DNA of 62,645 nt from Haliotis rubra. Lineage: Eukaryota. A program made the translations under genes and the position numbers. How positions within the stretch are numbered: position 1 is the stretch's first letter; each line of letters begins with the position of its first letter. The stretch is taken from the NCBI RefSeq assembly GCF_003918875.1, contig NW_025764978.1, positions 248,001 through 310,645 of the forward strand, read 5' to 3'. The notes below the pieces were generated by a model. It saw only the letters and a list, made by a program, of their open reading frames with translations. It was not told the DNA's origin and made no database searches. Positions 12,111-24,100 of this stretch are shown here, piece after piece.

Positions 12111-13236
12111 ATATGTGTGTTGCTATGTAGCTCAAACGAAACAGCTACCTCACGTTAAACCCCATTCACCTTTTCAAANNNNNNNNNNNNNNNNNNNNNN
12201 NNNNNNNNNNNNNNNNNNNNNNNNNNNNNNNNNNNNNNNNNNNNNNNNNNNNNNNNNNNNNNNNNNNNNNNNNNNNNNNNNNNNNNNNNNNNNNNNNNNN
12301 NNNNNNNNNNNNNNNNNNNNNNNNNNNNNNNNNNNNNNNNNNNNNNNNNNNNNNACCTATGAGGAAAAAGTAATTGCTTTGTATCAATCCGTTGAACCCA
12401 AATGTGTTCCAGGACATAAAAAACACATTTGTGCATCTTGATGAAAAACTCAAATCAATGCTGAAATCTAAAAAAATAATAAAGAGCAAAAGACAAAATC
12501 AGAATCTTAAAATGATGCTAACAAAAGCCAAATTTATTTTAAACAAACAGAATTTATTAAATCCTACTGTGTCTAACTGTGGAACGTGTCGACATATTGT
12601 TACAATACATTTATAACATAACATGTATACATTGCATGCTAACAAAAAAACACACAACATTTTAACATAGAATACCACAATATACCATAACGTACAGCTC
12701 AGGACATCACCACATAAGTTTATAACATAACTCAACTCAACAAATTTACATGAGGAAAGGGTCTCTTTTTAAGAATAACTCTATAATAAAACTCCCTGAG
12801 TAGCCGAGCCCTAGTTCATCAGATATGTATGTCGCGACAACTGAAAGATTCTGGTGATAGGTTACCGAAAACACGGAGTTAACATGATCAAACAAACCTA
12901 CTACAGAAAAAATATGTACCCACGATCTTGAAGCTTAAGCTGTTTTAAAATAGAATTAATTGAAAACAAAACCCAAACGCGTACGAGCAATGTGTCCGTG
13001 TTGGAAATGTCGGAAAGCGCACGTAAAATCTCTAAATCATCCTCACAGTCTCGAATGTCGGCTCAGGCGGGTTCAACAGGGCGCAGCAGTCAAATAGTGA
13101 CGACAATGATAAGAATAGACTACACAAGCTGGTCAAATCCTTTATTAGGAAAACAGGCTGTCACTTCAGAAGAAAAGAAGGTACACTGTTAGAACTTGGA
13201 TATCGCCGTTTATGTAACTGTACTTATCCCCAGAAA

Positions 13237-14427
13237 ATGGCCGGAAACGAGGTAGGTGGTGTGGGGACGAAGGACATGAACGTGACCCAGATTGGGTCAA
13301 ACAATGAGGTTCGGATACAGAAAACAGACATGGGGGACGTGAACATCAACATTATCTTAATCGTCCAGCCGGCAGACCCGAATCAGGCCCAGAGTAAGTA
13401 CAAACTGAAAGATTAGAAGACATTTTATTCAAGTCCTTCAAATTCACTTTGTTGTTAAAGGAGATCAGCTGAATATAAACTGAACTGTTTTTCGATAAAT
13501 GCCAATGTGAAAAAAAAGGTTTGTGTAAAAAAGAAATAGTAATAGCAATAGTCCTCTTATATGGTGCTCATATCAAGGAACATTGCCTACTCACGGCGTT
13601 ACGTACATCACTATCCCCGTTCACAGGACACTATCGTACTTTCCGATACTTTTTAAACTCCCTGGGGATCATACATCCATGCTGCCAGTTAGGCGCAATG
13701 AACTAAACACTCATATTGCCAGCACATGGGTACCCGACCTATTCGGTGTGTCGGTGGTAGTATTTGATATTATATTCATGATCAATTATTCATGATCAGA
13801 GCCCGGTCCATTTTCTTCCAAGTTAACTGTTTTTATTGGATGGTGTAGTTTCTACTGTTTGTTGATTTCACAGGATGGGATGCTTTAATTGCCCGAATCC
13901 CACTACCAAGAGTTATCTCCTGCCAAATGTTATATTATGTGTTTATATCTAGGATAAGTTATTCTTTGACAAAAAAAAGTAAAACGTTTTCAGGTTCGAG
14001 AAGCGTGAATGTGGTCTGCACGTTTAGAGACATATTGTGGTAGTTTGGGAAGTGATTATGTCAGTTTTACTCGTTAAGCAAATTTGTCTGTGTTTAATAG
14101 TATTTTGTTCTTTGTGCCTTAGATGTTAGAAAGACAGGTGGTGTTTGACCAGACCAGTAAAAAAAGTACAATTGTTTGAGGCATTTATTTTGTGTATGCA
14201 ATACCGTCATTAGAATTTCGGTTACACTTGGAAATGTACTGGTTATACACACGGTCGTAATATTGCTGTTGAAAGCGGCGTAAAACTAAACTCACTCACT
14301 CACCTTTGTTTCAGATTCTGTGGCAAATGGTGAAGTCCTTGGCAACTGCCGAGTGGAGATCAGCTGTCAGGGAAAGCGGAGAAACGCAGACCAAGGTCAG
14401 CACCAGGAAGGACGAAATTCCACATGA
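13237..14427 (+). CDS. 89-aa RHIM-like microprotein; exons 13237-13393 and 14315-14427
   Basis: Acceptor TTATCCCCAG lies just before AAAATGG. Donor CAGA|GTAAGT (phase 1), acceptor TTTGTTTCAG|AT. Spliced product: MAGNEVGGVGTKDMNVTQIGSNNEVRIQKTDMGDVNINIILIVQPADPNQAQNSVANGEVLGNCRVEISCQGKRRNADQGQHQEGRNST*. Not in the ORF track. Confidence 0.6.
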
Positions 14428-16752
14428 CTCTGAGAAGTCATTGTAGAGATCCATAGATGATACATACCTGTATTTAAACAAACACAAACACGAAACAAAA
14501 ACGGTCCTTAATGGTACATACCTGTACTCGAAGAAAAACAAAAGTGTAAATAGAACACACAAAAAAAACCAAGCATTTTTGGGGGTGGTGTGGTGGTGCC
14601 AACAGAGATACTATTTTGTCGGTCACTGTCACAGTGAAAACACACCACCACCCCTCTCATACAGCAAGGTCTTGCAGCTAAAGCCAAGAAGGTACCCGCT
14701 GTTGAGAGTCTGAAGTACTCCACGAGGTTAAGCAGGCCTTATCCTGGGGAGCAAGCCAAAGGCCCGTCTGTGCCTATAGATAGCTATACTGAACAAAGAC
14801 ACTATATTTCCTTGATCAGTATATGTTCGGAAACAGGTAACAAATATATGTCGCTAATGCTGTCCAAAACAGGTGGTACCCACAAACGAGAGTCTGAAGA
14901 ACTCCACGAGGTATAAATACGCCTTAGACCGCGACACTAGCCAAAGGACCGTCTGTGCCTATAGATAGCTATACTGAACAAAGACACTATTTTTCCTTGA
15001 TCAGTGTATGTTCGGAAACAGGCCAACAACAAACAAAAACGAAAAAAAAAGACTCATAATGGAAAAAAGGAACAGAAAAAAGCGAATGATTTTCATGCAT
15101 TTTGTTCCTACAGTTAGTTACTAGCTTCAGTGTTGTTTTTAGAATCTATGTAGATGATCCACATGTGCACTGGTCCATCGACTTGTGTCGACCAAGTCGG
15201 GCTTTTACATAATGTCCGTTATCAGTTGGGACTGGAATATTTCTTAGTCACATAAGTATATATTTTATTCATATGATCCTCACTGGCTTATCCCAATATT
15301 TCTTTGATTGGCAAAGGCATTCAGTATTAAAATGTCACATTTTGGCATCTGATATGAGAAAAGGCTTTGAAAATTATTATGACGATAAATAATTAAATCA
15401 AATAATGAGTTATGGAAAAGTATTGAAGTAGCCTGAAGTACAATTATGAATGATTTGCCGGGCCATCTAATACAACTACCTATGAACAAAAAGACAACCT
15501 TCATTCGTTTTCATTCCGTTTCGAGAATGAAGATGTCGTGCTTCTTCATGGGACATGATTTCAGGAATACAGTTCGCTCAACCCCAATGTATAGTGCAAT
15601 CAAGTACGCTTTTGCCCTGAACTATTATAGTGAAAGTACGAGGACGTTCGAGTGATTTAACATTTTAACAGTGTGTTATGCAAACCATGAAACGGGGTGC
15701 TACGAAGTAGGTTACTGTAGGTGACTGTACGAGGCGATGACAACTGACATGCATCGTGACGTCGGTTACCAAGGGTACGTTTGATAACGAGGGGACAGAC
15801 GAGAATGGCGTAGTTACGTCAATACAGTGTGACGTAATACAAAATGTGTACTTTATCCCCCGATGCCTTTGATCTTTCAGCGAAGTATCTTAGATAAAAC
15901 TTTAATAGATAAGTCAGAAATAGACCATAGCATATCCATGCCGAAACAAGTATGAATTTTTTACCTATTTTCCCGAACGGCACATTGAAGTGTTTCGTGG
16001 ATGTGTTATTCATTGTATCAGACTTTTGCATGTAAACCAATTATGTCTGCACGAGAAAGGAATATTCTCATATATTTTATTCCGTTTCGCCGACTTTTCT
16101 CGCCTTGGTTTCAAGAGGGGTGCATCAAATTTTCAAACTATGTAAACAAAGTAATCTACCTCAGATCATGCAACATTCTCTCAGTTGGATCTCTCTTTGC
16201 ATTGCATCGGAATTCAGCCAAGTTTAAACTTGTGTATTTTGTAACGATTATTGTCTGTGTAAAGATAAATCAAGTATTTGTTCTACAGTTTATAGGACTT
16301 TTTACATGGTATTCTTTCTAAACACCGATGAAATATTTGTTCAAAATTGTCACTATCATACCACGTTAAACGATAGTTTGACTGATGTTTGATTAGAGGT
16401 ACATTTCTTTGTAATGCATTACACTGACGACGGTTGTCCCACATCATGTCTTTTATTTGCTGTTTGGTTGCCTTGTACGGAGTTACTAAATAATTAACTA
16501 CAAACTAAACATTTGTGTGTTGTTCTTTCTGGTGAAGAGCATCTCCTCGTGTGTGGACATTTCCGTGTTGTGACCTTCACCTTCACCCATAAAGAGTGTT
16601 TCCGGTAGAGCAGTGGGCATCATTTTCCTTGTTTGTTGTTTAATACCGCAGGCATAAATCTTCCACCTGTTCTCAAATTGTGAAGAACTGAGTTTCCACC
16701 AGACAAGACAGTGATTGCCATGCATGGTGATCATCGATAGAGGCAGTGGATC

Positions 16753-17048
16753 CCATGATATATGTGGTACAGTATCAGATAGGTCATCTAGCCTCTATAC
16801 CTACCCAGCCTCCATGATATATGTGGTACAGTATCAGATAGGTCATCTAGCCTCTATACCTACCCAGCCTCCATGATATATGTGGTACAGTATCAGATAG
16901 GTCATCTAGCCTCTATACCTACCCAACCCCCATGGTATATGTGGTACAGTATCAGATAGGTCATCTAGTCTCTATACCTACACAACCTCCATGGTATATG
17001 TGGTACAGTATCAGATAGGTCATCTAGCCTCTATACCTACACAACCTC
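16753..17048. repeat. 59-bp minisatellite, 5 copies
   Basis: CCATGATATATGTGGTACAGTATCAGATAGGTCATCTAGCCTCTATACCTACCCAGCCT at a 59-bp period. Confidence 0.95.
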
Positions 17049-20000
17049 ATTCATGGCCACCTGTCACAAGAAAGGAGGGAAGAAGAAGCCTTCTTACCTT
17101 AAACGGAAGCATCAGTGTTACTGTTAATTAGTAAGTGTGACATTCCAAAGTGTGCTGCGTCATTGTGATAAATGAGTAGATGTGAACCATCGTACATTTG
17201 TAAAGATGTTCAAAGACCAGGGTTAAAACTGGTCTTCAGCAACTCATGTTTGTCGTAAGCGGAAGTTGACGGGTTTGCGTGGTCAGGAACACATATTGAT
17301 TGATTCATGTCATCGTAACCCAATTGCACAGTCGATGCACATGATGTTGATCACTCGATTATCTAGTCAAGACACGAATATTTACATACCGCCGTCATGT
17401 ACTGAGATACTGCTGAGTGCGACGCTAGACAACAAACAAAGATGATCCAACGATTAATCCGAAGCTGCTACCAGTTGTTAAAGCCACAGTTGATGGCAAC
17501 ATCCATGAAAGAAACTTTCCAACTTTTAGGGAACATATATGCTGAAATATTAAATGGCAAGTTGCTAATTGTTTATAGACGTAACATCGTTCAAAGCGGT
17601 GTAAAGTTTTACCCATTTCTGACCGACATCAATTGAACAGAGTAATTGTGAACGTATAACCAGCTGAACACGTAGCTTACTACAGTACAGGAAAGAGACG
17701 CCTGTACGTTGTTTAACGAGTGTCCAGCAAGTGAAAGACTATAAATAAATTGTATGAATTTAACTTGACTTCCGCCCGGCTGTCACAACTGAACGTGTCC
17801 ATGTCAAAGGGCAGCACGCATGCGCAGTCATACACAAAGATATACACCAGTATACCCTTTGTGATCTTTTCACTGCTGGAATATTAAGCCGAAATGATGG
17901 AATTTTCAGTGAAAACCTTTCACTTCAAGAAATCTAATCCCAATGAAGTCAGAAGGACAATAATGACAACCAGAATATGGTGACATTAAGTAAGATGGCG
18001 GAATTTCAATCAAACAGCTTTCACTTCTAGACATCTTATCCCGATGAAGTCAAAGGACTATCATTTCATAAAATCCAAAATATGGTGGCATTACTGTTCT
18101 GGAGTGGAAATGATTATTGCAGTGAAACTAAGCAGGATTAACAGATGGGTTTATGGGAATTCCATATGGGTATCATTTGTAAATTCGTAGTTAATGCCTA
18201 CATTTACCTGGCTGGAGAAGCGTATATTGCACAACAGGTTATTCTTAAGATTAATTATAACATTTGGAAGGAAGTTTTGTTATAAAGGTCAATGCACCTG
18301 ATGTATTGAGATGATGGTTTACCTTCTGATGAAGATACGGCGAGCAAGTCTGTCTGGTATAATAATGAAATCAAAATTGATGATTAGTATATGTATTTTC
18401 CAATAATGACATTGAAAAGGTACAGCATTCGTACATGATATCATTTATGATGCGGAGAAACATAATCGCGACATTTACATATGAACATAACTACTTCATC
18501 TCTTAGTCGCGTTAAATATTTGAACTGGAGAATGAAATATAAGAAAATAGCATTTCAAGCCGATGGGATGGGATCGAGTCGGGGAGAGGGAGAATGAGGG
18601 ACTGACTTTATGCTAACAAGGTCATGTGCAGTTACTAATACAAGACCAAGTGTATTACAATTTGTAGGGCAATCAACCAGGAAAGTCAGTGCTATAAATA
18701 GACTGCCTTTGTGAAAAATTGAAAGCAATGCAATAGCTCCGAGATATGTTATCTCAACACACGAAAGACCTTTCTACATGTATGAAGTGAGAATGCGCGC
18801 AGAGAACGTGACACCAGGTCACTATGAGTGGGGAGCAGGCTTAAATTATTCCCCGAGAAACCCTCACCCTCGCGGACTTGGCTCACGTGTGTCAACGCAG
18901 GGGAAACAGCTATTTCAGTCTTTCTTCACGACGTCTACGACCAGTACACATTAATCAAATGGCCGCAGATCAAGTTGTCAAAAGACTTAAGTTTATGTTC
19001 TATAGTGTTTGGTCATTGTTTAACGTCACGCTCCGAAATAGGTAAACTGTCGAATATGGACCTGATAATCCAGTGATCATTAGTATCGACCTTCGCAACC
19101 AGGATACGATGACATGTGTCAACCAAGTCAGCCTGACCGTCCGATCCTGTTAGTCGCTTCTTACGACAAGCATGGGCTGCTGAAGATCAGTTCTAACCTG
19201 GATCTTCATTGGTACATGTTATTTCTCACAGAATGAAGACCCTCAGAACCTCACGGTGTACAGATATTTGACGAACATTCACACTCATGATCAGCTGGAT
19301 ATCCTGTAAGACTTTGAAAACAGATCTCACAGATCAATAAGAAGTGAGTGAGTGAGTGAGTTTTACGCCACACTCAGCAATATTCCAACTATATGGCCGT
19401 GGTCTGTAAATAATCGAGTCTGGACCAGACAATGCAGTGATCAACAGCATCGGCATCAATCTATGCAATTGAGTACCAATGACATGTGTCCACCAAGCCA
19501 ACGAGCCTGACCACCAGATCCCGTTAGTCGCCCCTTACGACAAGCATTGGTTACTGAAGATCAATTCTAACCTGGATCTTCACGGGTCAGATCAGTAAAG
19601 AAGAATTAAGCCACAATACATTATAGAAACACTTCAGATATAAGGATGAGTCAGGTAAAGACTTACCCAAGAGTACCTGAAGTATTAAGGTGGAGGTCGA
19701 ATAAGGCTGATCCGTATCAAATATATCTTTTAAACAGATTATCAAGAAACATGGACAGAAGATATATTTATTATATAAAGACGATACTAACGAGATGGAA
19801 TTCCAGTCTATCAGGTGCACGATCAGGGAGATGGTTCGGTTCAAAGTAGGTTTTATGAAAATACGATCACATCATCGGACAGTACGATTCCGACCGAAGG
19901 TAGTGGAATATTACTGTCGCCTGAGGAATATATGCTAATCTTCTTTTAGAAATTACTGAGATTAAAAGCTTGTGAGATCCCCTTAAACCAGCAAAATACA

Positions 20001-21152
20001 ACACAATCACGTCTATTATATTCAATTATATAGGGAATATATATAGCTACAAAGAATGTCAGTACCGATTTCCAATACAATACTATTGGAAAATCAAGAT
20101 TTATGGATGTCGACTTCTTTATTGTGAATAACAATACAAGTATACAAGAAGAACAATACAACAATTGTGAAATTGACATCCCAAAACTCACCAAAGTCTT
20201 GATATTACCACTAAATACAGATGTATTGATTGAAGACAGCTGTTGAAAGTTCATTGTAGACGAAGCCTCTTGAGTGGTAGGTCTTGAAACGTCGATGTTA
20301 GCATGCAGATGGGTGTAAATCCAAAGTCATCCCCCATACATCAACAACCATCCCTTATATACCTATTATACAGTTCTGTTTCTTTTCTAGCAAAAGCCAT
20401 GCCACGCTACGATCTTCTCACTGCTTCCACAATCCGACCGGAAGCAAACCAAACAAAGGGAGGCAACTCATCAGCCCACTCTCAACAGGTGACATTACAT
20501 AGCCCAAGTTCAAGACGAAAGTTCAAATCCACATTCAGCATCTCAAATATTTGTGACCCATGTTAACTAAAAGTTAATTATGAGACATTGTAATTAACAA
20601 ATCACATCCTCATAACGAAATACATATTCCAACTGAATAGCCTACTTGTATATATCAATGTGAATGTTCAAAGCAAATAGCTGCACTATATATCCAAATA
20701 AATGTTCAAACTAAATGACACATTTCATATCAAAATACATGTTCAAAGCAAATGGCTTTATTACATATCAAACTAATATTTAATCTGCATGACTACATCG
20801 CATATCAAAGTAAATGTTCAAACTAAATGGCTATATTACAGATCAAACTAATATCCAAACTAATATATATATATATATATATATCACATAGATAAATAAA
20901 AACAGAATGCCTTTTTCCCCAATATGTTTCGTTCTTTACTCTTCAGGGAGATTGTAGCAGTTACAGTATGACGTCATTACATATATATTGTGACGTCGCA
21001 ATATGTATTTCATACATATATATATATATATATATACAATGTGACCCCGTACAAATGTAATGTGTCATACACTGGGGTGGCACATGAGCTTTTACACAAT
21101 ATGAACCCCAATACATGCTACGTCTGTATACGGGGATGGCTTATTGTGCCTC

Positions 21153-24100
21153 TCAAGCATGTAGCGTCTCATACACAGGGGGCTGCACATTGTCCATCTT
21201 CTCGTACACGTGATCCGGATGGGTCACACTGGTTATGTCATCTCCTGCATCTCCCGTGTCATCCTGGTAGGTGGGGTTTCTCACGGCACCAGCAGTAACG
21301 CCTATCTTCTTTTGCTTGTTCGTCACGACCATTCTGTAAACAAGTTGTTAAAATATTAACTCGTATTCGTTGCTGACAGGCAAGCAAATATTCGATTGAT
21401 GAACATAATTCAATTCAATGCCAAAACTGTATTACATCCTGATTTTATAGCTCCTAATTTGATAACTTTATGTTATATATAAAAAGTGAATTTTAACTAA
21501 ATGAGTGAGTGAGTGAGTTGGCTTTTACGCCGCTTTTAGCAATATTCGAGCAATATCACGACGGGTTTTAACTGAATGAAATACTTGACTCTTCCTTCTT
21601 GTGGGTCCCTACATTTTAACCTTAATGAAAGAATATTGGTTTCTATGGTTACCTTCTACATCTGACCAGGAGGATCACGAGAACCACCACAACCAATCCC
21701 AGAAAGACACAAACAGACACCAGCGCCCAGACAACAAGGTTCCAATCTGCAGTACAAATGACAGGTAGACATATTAACAACCACAAAACCAGGAGATGGT
21801 GTGGTCGTGTGCATACAGCCAAGGTCACAAATCAGTTGAAGTTAAACAACGTTGGTCACATAGAGTCAGTGTTGACGGTGTTCGGCAGCTTGACTCCTGA
21901 GAGTTTCTATGACTTCCGTCCTGACCCCAAACAAAGCATTCGTGACACACGTGGTCTGACACACGTGAATGGGTACCCGGCGGGATAAGTCAGATGACTG
22001 TCAAGCTTATAGCTCCTCACAGGCAGCGTGAATAAAGGCCATCATTGTCCTTATCATTATTCCAAGACAACACCGATGAGAGCTTCCCCACAGTGGTGGA
22101 CATCACTGACCAGGGTACTGTTCAAAGCAGTATAGTCAGTTTGCAGTAAAAAAACTACCGATGAATTTTACTTTAAACCAAAAAGTACAATCGGATATAG
22201 AGAAATTAAGATTGCGAATCCTCATAATTTTACCTTTCCAATTGAACATGGAAAATCTCAGAATGTTATTCAACTTGCGATAAAAGTTGTTTGTCAAACG
22301 GTCATAGTTTCAAATCGCTATTATTGGTTTGTATTACAAGGGGGTATGCACATTAAATGAAAAACCGAGAACAAGTAAGGTTGGTCTAAGTTAACGCTCA
22401 TAACGTACCGCACGTGCATTTGTTTCACTGTTCCAACTAATTCGCTTCCCCCTTTGTAATACAAACCAATAATAGCAATTTGACACCAAAGTTTTATCCT
22501 TAGTTGAATAAGATTCTGCTACGCGCCTGCCAGGTACATAGAACCCAGCAACGCTGACGGAGCCGTGTAATAAAAACCTCTTCGTGATAACTAGCTTCAT
22601 TGTTTATACCTTCATGATATAATTCTTGTACCAAGTTTCCGGCTTGACACGTGCCGTTAGCGGGATGACAGGGGGCGCCGCCAACACATTGGTCACACAG
22701 ATTCCCGCAGCGCTCGCCGTAGGTACCATTTGGACATGCTTTCAAAAAATACGCCATGTGTAAAAATCTCTCTGACGAATTGATTAGCCATCGTTCAAAT
22801 CTGATAATCAAAACACTAAATTCATATTCATATCGTCTAGGTACTAAAAGCGATAGAGTCATATCAGATCTAGTGGACAGGTGAGCACCAGGAAGGTACA
22901 AAAACTGAAATACCTCCACCTACATTCAGACCATTTAAGACAACATCCCGTGCACCCAACTTAAACCTAATGCTGATGGCCCGATCATTCATTGCGGTAA
23001 AGCATGACCATGTCTCAGTCATTTAAAGACGCTCACCACCTTTGCCTGAATTATTTATCAGGTAATTTGAACGTCAGACTAGGATGTTATCTTTGTTCAA
23101 GATAAGAAAGCAACTCAACAAAAACTATTGTCGTAAATCTTTAGCTAAACATAGAACACCGTCGCAACTCTGTAGTTGAACAAACATCACTGTCGTAATT
23201 CTGTAGCTTGATATTGTTCACTGTGTTCAGTCTATAGTTTAGTACAGATCAGTGTCGTAACTCTATAGTGTAACTCAGACGACATTCATGACGTACTTCT
23301 TTCGGATAGATGTCTGTTGTGTCCTTTTAGTTTAACAGATGATGCTGTCGTAATTCTGTACTTTAACACAGACTTATATCGTTACTCTATAGTTTAACAC
23401 AAATTGTGCAGTTGTGATTTGAGGACCGTACACATCGTACATTGCAACCAACACCCATGTTCAAGTGGACGCTAACTCGAACAGCTCGAGCGAATGCTAA
23501 TAACACAGCGTTTTCACAGTGCCTTTGCCCGAGCGCCTCTGAACGATTTGTTGGAATTAAGTTTATTATAATCAGTACTATTATCTATTATAACTCCTTC
23601 ATACACACCAGTAGTGCACGTGTCGCCAATCCAGCCAGTGTCACACCCATCTGCACAATGGCCATCGATGTTGTCACAAGCACTTCCATTGAAGCATTTC
23701 CCACATTCCCGGGTGCACAGCCGACCATACCACCCAGAGGGACAACCTGTTGAACGATACACAGATACAGCACGTTAACACTGTGTGACAGAGATACACA
23801 GCCGACCATACCATCCAGAGGGACAGCCTGTTGAACGATAAAACAGATACAGCACGTTAACACTGTGTGACAGAGATGCACAGCCGACCATACCAGCCAG
23901 AGGGACAGCCTGCTGAATGATACACAGATATAGCACGTTCACACTGTGTGACAGAGATACACATCCGACCATACCATCCAGAGGGACAGCCTGTTGAACG
24001 ATACACAGATACAGCACGTTAACACTGTGTGACAGAGATGCACATCCGACCATATCACCCAGAGGGACAACCTGTTGAACGATACACAGATACAGCACGT

